Below are positions 62,301-63,346 of a DNA stretch of 63,346 nt, one piece after another. Made by a program: the position numbers and the translations under genes. Within the stretch, counting starts at the first letter, position 1. Every line of letters begins with the position of its first letter. The stretch covers positions 1 through 63,346 of the forward strand of contig CAYZHO010000002.1 in NCBI GenBank assembly GCA_964478045.1. Direction: 5' to 3'. Origin of the DNA: an uncultured Myxococcales bacterium (GTDB lineage: Bacteria > Desulfobacterota > Binatia > UBA1149 > SPBQ01). The notes below the pieces were generated by a model that worked only from the letters and a program-made list of their open reading frames with translations, did no database searches and was not told the DNA's origin.

Positions 62301-63234
62301 CCCCCACGAGGAGTAGCGCGCCAGATGCGGAATCGATCTCGTGGTTCATCGAGTAGCGGCGAACGAGACGCCCAGAGGCATACGTCTCGATCCGTTCGAG
62401 CATGAACGGTTGGACTTGCGCGTAGCCGGCCCGGTACGAAACGCGCGCGCCCGCCGGGTAAGGCCGCTCAGCCCAGAAAAACCGGACGGAAAAAACGTGA
62501 GGCAGACCGGCGCGCGAGTTTCCTCCGTAGTCAATGGCCGAGGGCAGCCCCGTCGAGGCGGCAGCGTGACCGGCCTGGACGTAGTGGTAATCGATCTCGT
62601 TGCCGAACGTGTCGACCGTGCGCTCGAGCAGCCAAGCGTAGGTCCCATCCGCGCTGGCAGGAAACGGGCCGAGTCGCGCGGCGAGCGAGCCCCCAAAGAT
62701 CATCGTCGTTCCGCTCTTGTCGATCACGGTCCAGGAGTTCGTCCGGGCGTCGAAACCTATCCGTGCCCCGGAGATGCCCCGCTTGTCGCGGTAGCGGGGC
62801 GTGCCGGGTAAGGGCTCGAGTTCGGCCACGCCGCCTGCCGTCTCCAAAATGAACGTATCCTGGTCCGTGTACGCGGGAACGCCGTCCTTCGTCGAGCGAA
62901 CGATGCGCGCGATCGGCAGGCTCCACCCACGTCCGTAAGGGCTATCGCCTGCCGCGCTCGAATAGACCAGGGCAAGCGCGGGCGTGGCCTGCGCGCGCCC
63001 CGGTGGCACCACGATCTCGATCGACGTGGTTGCGGTTCCGGTGAACATGCTGGCGGCCGGGCTGCCCGCCAGTCCGGCAAAAGCGCTGCCGTCGCCCGTT
63101 TGCGCGCCCGCGGCTTGACCGGCTGTGGGGAAGGAAACACCGGCCCACGTTCGCTCGGGCGTGCTGATCGCAAGCCCCACCGCAACGAGCGCCGCGACTG
63201 CTGCGAGACGGCTTGGCAACGCCGCGCGGCTCAT
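56383..63234 (-). CDS. Giant SpvB-domain / FG-GAP-like propeller / RHS (YD-repeat) polymorphic toxin, Sec signal (TcB-TcC-fusion-like)
   Basis: Signal peptide MSRAALPSRLAAVAALVAVGLAIS. SpvB-like N-terminus (IEIVVPPGRAQATPALALVYSS..GDSPYGRGWSLPIARIVRSTKDGVPAY). Six D(x)DGDG(x)PD(x)(V/I)D propeller units. Many YD repeats (YDGLGR, YDRVGRL, YDALGRLV, YDELGRLV). RHS core end YYHLDRLGSP...RFYDPELGLFLTPDP...NPVGGQDPDGE. Confidence 0.9.
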   Translation of the reverse strand: MSRAALPSRLAAVAALVAVGLAISTPERTWAGVSFPTAGQAAGAQTGDGSAFAGLAGSPAASMFTGTATTSIEIVVPPGRAQATPALALVYSSAAGDSPYGRGWSLPIARIVRSTKDGVPAYTDQDTFILETAGGVAELEPLPGTPRYRDKRGISGARIGFDARTNSWTVIDKSGTTMIFGGSLAARLGPFPASADGTYAWLLERTVDTFGNEIDYHYVQAGHAAASTGLPSAIDYGGNSRAGLPHVFSVRFFWAERPYPAGARVSYRAGYAQVQPFMLERIETYASGRLVRRYSMNHEIDSASGALLLVGVSLDGFDGDGPDDVALPSTVFRYSPPVQAGWPAYDDPAREAGAVEFEAPGPFRDLGMQVRRDTFDIDGDAIADYVDAAADPPAIRPGTGAGFGPPVTWPWPAEPRLVRWTSGDGRLLANVFDLTGDGLPDLVDARADTCGAGSWCVYENTGSGFAQAPQHWQAPVNVLRDLDAEGRSVKVDTADLDGDGRPDLIDARGYSSSRPYWDVYWNTGSGFASQPTAIEAPGPSIVRSASTGTGSYLLAGLFDLNGDGLPDYVDADVDRLGAPAPRSVDHWNVYWGTGYGFAAQPSAWRIDQGEAVLLLDNYVNEHASTDEYAAVATDLVDLTGDGLPDRIRFWSQMLGTGQDLLFPQCRVGSCQVEAPIDPPLCCYSLLLFVNTGASFSYPIELPEWYPMLVRSYSSDETPAAREVDLFDADGDGLIDLVEREGAVWRLLRHPASPLAFESPTPPSERARPGLMIGMLNGVGGETFLSYLPASAYGGNRIPLPYWVVARRDVVDAVRSVPGGTFAYWYRGGQFDGKRREFAGFAEAIEIDAAGRGNAVRYHQDELRRGLVRESLVLGSTGCLPADPFDESDPCSPYRRVLLATRNDWPEAPPVLLASRSSVPYEGGAPVENLRKTLSYDYDDYGNVVREVVASPSADTVETATEYFYQVEDRADGVPLSYLVDRPARVVTRSLGDPQARLAEEEFEYDPHTGALAESRKCMEWNGNQCTRWSAVSYTYDRGGNVVRTRDAAGATTTNFFDPLDLYAESTRDGAGQWTHVVRDVGTGLVVEKQAPNGLVSGSDYDGLGRLLRSWSAPFDRDDPEVEVAYAEATPDGDPGWVRTERYGAAPVVVFHDGLGRPLATKTQVETEDGRVTVVDDLVFYGVLGQVIARAPRFVAPDQRLDALVATIADAPALEESVYDGDGRLIERLFPDGASIAYQRAPGVEAVVYRNLTDGRFPGKAVVTVRDGFGRVRRIVTCAARPLRLDPLDCQGEIIEEQTIAYDGLDRPIEIRTQPRGGAPSVTSIAYDGLGNRTDLTASDRGAWHYEYSEAGFLVRIDDPRGQTVTMRYDRVGRLRRQRAGSVKTVYSYYRRGSGIGKLRRIRSRGEGPSKVVKYFAYDDYGRLVEDTLRIKAGARTRTYTSRYTWDRAGRRTSRTYPSAVDGVDEVVTTEYSPFGRITKLVADGPEGKRVFVESTASDIDGHLVRLDYGNGLSDRFEYASGAGMGRLLCTRTTAASAPGGACDAGAFDLAGLVISERDAAGNVLAVSDRVAPPGSPLDRSATFAYDALGRLVERRTAAGASERFSYDAGGNLTAFGTAPFLYGGPAPHQAILAGTEEIAHDEAGNRTRKGPWRYEYDELGRLVRVLRDESLVQVNFYDEGSTRVARYDARTGSVRYYFGGAFEVEGNTLIRHYYLGTRLVATDRIQAPPRLALGSTREQRPPGGATGPAGRNASLLRPGLVFADASTWPQELAAVLALAALLVAAALLPGSGRVALVTAVCFVVFVTPLPRPPAPGSALVAWAAGPEGKGGSAPPAGSGHWLRAAPGPFVAYYHLDRLGSPHMLSDSAGEVIEHLRYGAYGALHAVLDAAGRPVGEATAEAAFGGHVRDEASGLLYFGARFYDPELGLFLTPDPRAQFASPYLYGGGNPVGGQDPDGEFFFELIAVLVPILLAGAASAFISGVAAELEGGDFADAFEGGFVAGLLGAGLGTLLGGLNIAYQMATGLSQIVPVAEAMRVLVQVSLRSSFTTVVTHAAVSAGAVAGLDSDWLTAIGIAAGLGASYAYDHFVIKTGRSAPAERAVSSREVVKEGQDGLRRVSTSADHATMSEASVAGTEYERFGPALSKYNVEQDGFGKFAERAGYTLSNEGHFGTVLDHMADLREVARTVARADGSYGPLPLPVIFEKSVAGLGNVPFMGAAQHFLQDFLTLGHMVPGTSFFAGPLGAPFRLVIHQVFGGEIGFRQAQLRLSRELALEIGMGWSA
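56386..57360 (-). other. C-terminal variable (toxin) domain of the RHS protein, 325 aa after the DPDGE core boundary
   Basis: The boundary was checked on the DNA (cag gat ccc gac gga gag ttt ttc ttc on the minus strand at 57352-57378). The first ~130 aa are Gly/Ala-rich and hydrophobic (GFVAGLLGAGLGTLLGGL, AAVSAGAVAGL, AIGIAAGLGASYA). The remaining ~195 aa are soluble with no recognised motif. Confidence 0.7.
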
Positions 63235-63346
63235 TGCTTGTCTCCCGCAGCGTGCGGCTGCGCCGGTGCTTGCGCCCCGGGCGGGGCAGGCACAGAGCCC
63301 CGGCGCTCGGCCGCTTGCCGTCCGTGGCGCTCGAGCACCTCCCGGG
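63231..63346 (-). CDS. 3' end of an upstream ORF translationally coupled to the RHS gene (partial)
   Basis: A minus-strand frame is open from the window edge (..REVLERHGRQAAERRGSVPAPPGAQAPAQPHAAGDKQ*). Its TGA overlaps the RHS ATG as ATGA. Too short to identify. Confidence 0.35.
   Translation of the reverse strand, partial: REVLERHGRQAAERRGSVPAPPGAQAPAQPHAAGDKQ

Noticed and set aside
1-63346. CRISPR arrays, tRNA/rRNA genes, IS elements, integrases and prophage genes.
   Set aside because: I saw no direct-repeat/spacer periodicity, no tRNA-like cloverleaf regions in the few intergenic spaces, and no transposase or integrase-like translations. The repeats present are explained by gene paralogy (alpha, beta and NHL genes, and the CDP-alcohol transferase fusions).

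Overview
High-GC bacterial chromosomal window with about 45 protein-coding genes. I recognised no rRNA, tRNA, CRISPR array, transposase or integrase. Genes are tightly packed, and I checked 14 four-nucleotide ATGA/GTGA stop-start overlaps directly in the sequence. There are four functional blocks. (1) 2-9042 (+): two NHL-repeat propeller proteins, three multihaem c-type cytochromes (13, 5 and 11 canonical CxxCH motifs), a thioredoxin-fold/TPR protein and a large predicted outer-membrane beta-barrel. Together these look like a porin-cytochrome type electron conduit. (2) 9062-38289: the most unusual block. It holds seven intact, paralogous, Tat-signal-bearing catalytic subunits of the type II DMSO-reductase family (NarG/EbdA-like, 937-1011 aa). 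They are accompanied by only two NarH/EbdB-like FeS subunits, one EbdC-like (EB_dh) subunit that lacks a signal peptide, one TorD/NarJ-like chaperone, one membrane dihaem cytochrome b, one dihaem cytochrome c fused to an EB_dh-like domain, and a MarR regulator. A divergently transcribed APH-type kinase sits next to two uncharacterised proteins. The closest precedent I know is the ethylbenzene dehydrogenase / steroid C25 dehydrogenase group, where several alpha subunits share beta-gamma modules. The tandem, translationally coupled alpha arrays and the membrane cytochrome b are not part of that precedent. (3) 38402-54289 (-): an 11-gene overlapping operon joins hopanoid side-chain genes (hpnI, hpnK, hpnJ-like) to an oxidoreductase, an aminotransferase, an ATP-grasp protein, a nucleotidyltransferase, a HAD hydrolase, two nucleotidyltransferase-like/CDP-alcohol phosphatidyltransferase fusions and a flippase-like protein. 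An ABC/MFP/TolC pump lies immediately upstream. (4) 54356-63234 (-): a 2283-aa Sec-signal SpvB / FG-GAP / RHS polymorphic toxin with an odd two-helix hydrophobic insertion and a 325-aa C-terminal domain, followed by two secreted proteins of unknown function. All functional calls rest on motifs read by eye from the translations; no database search was possible.
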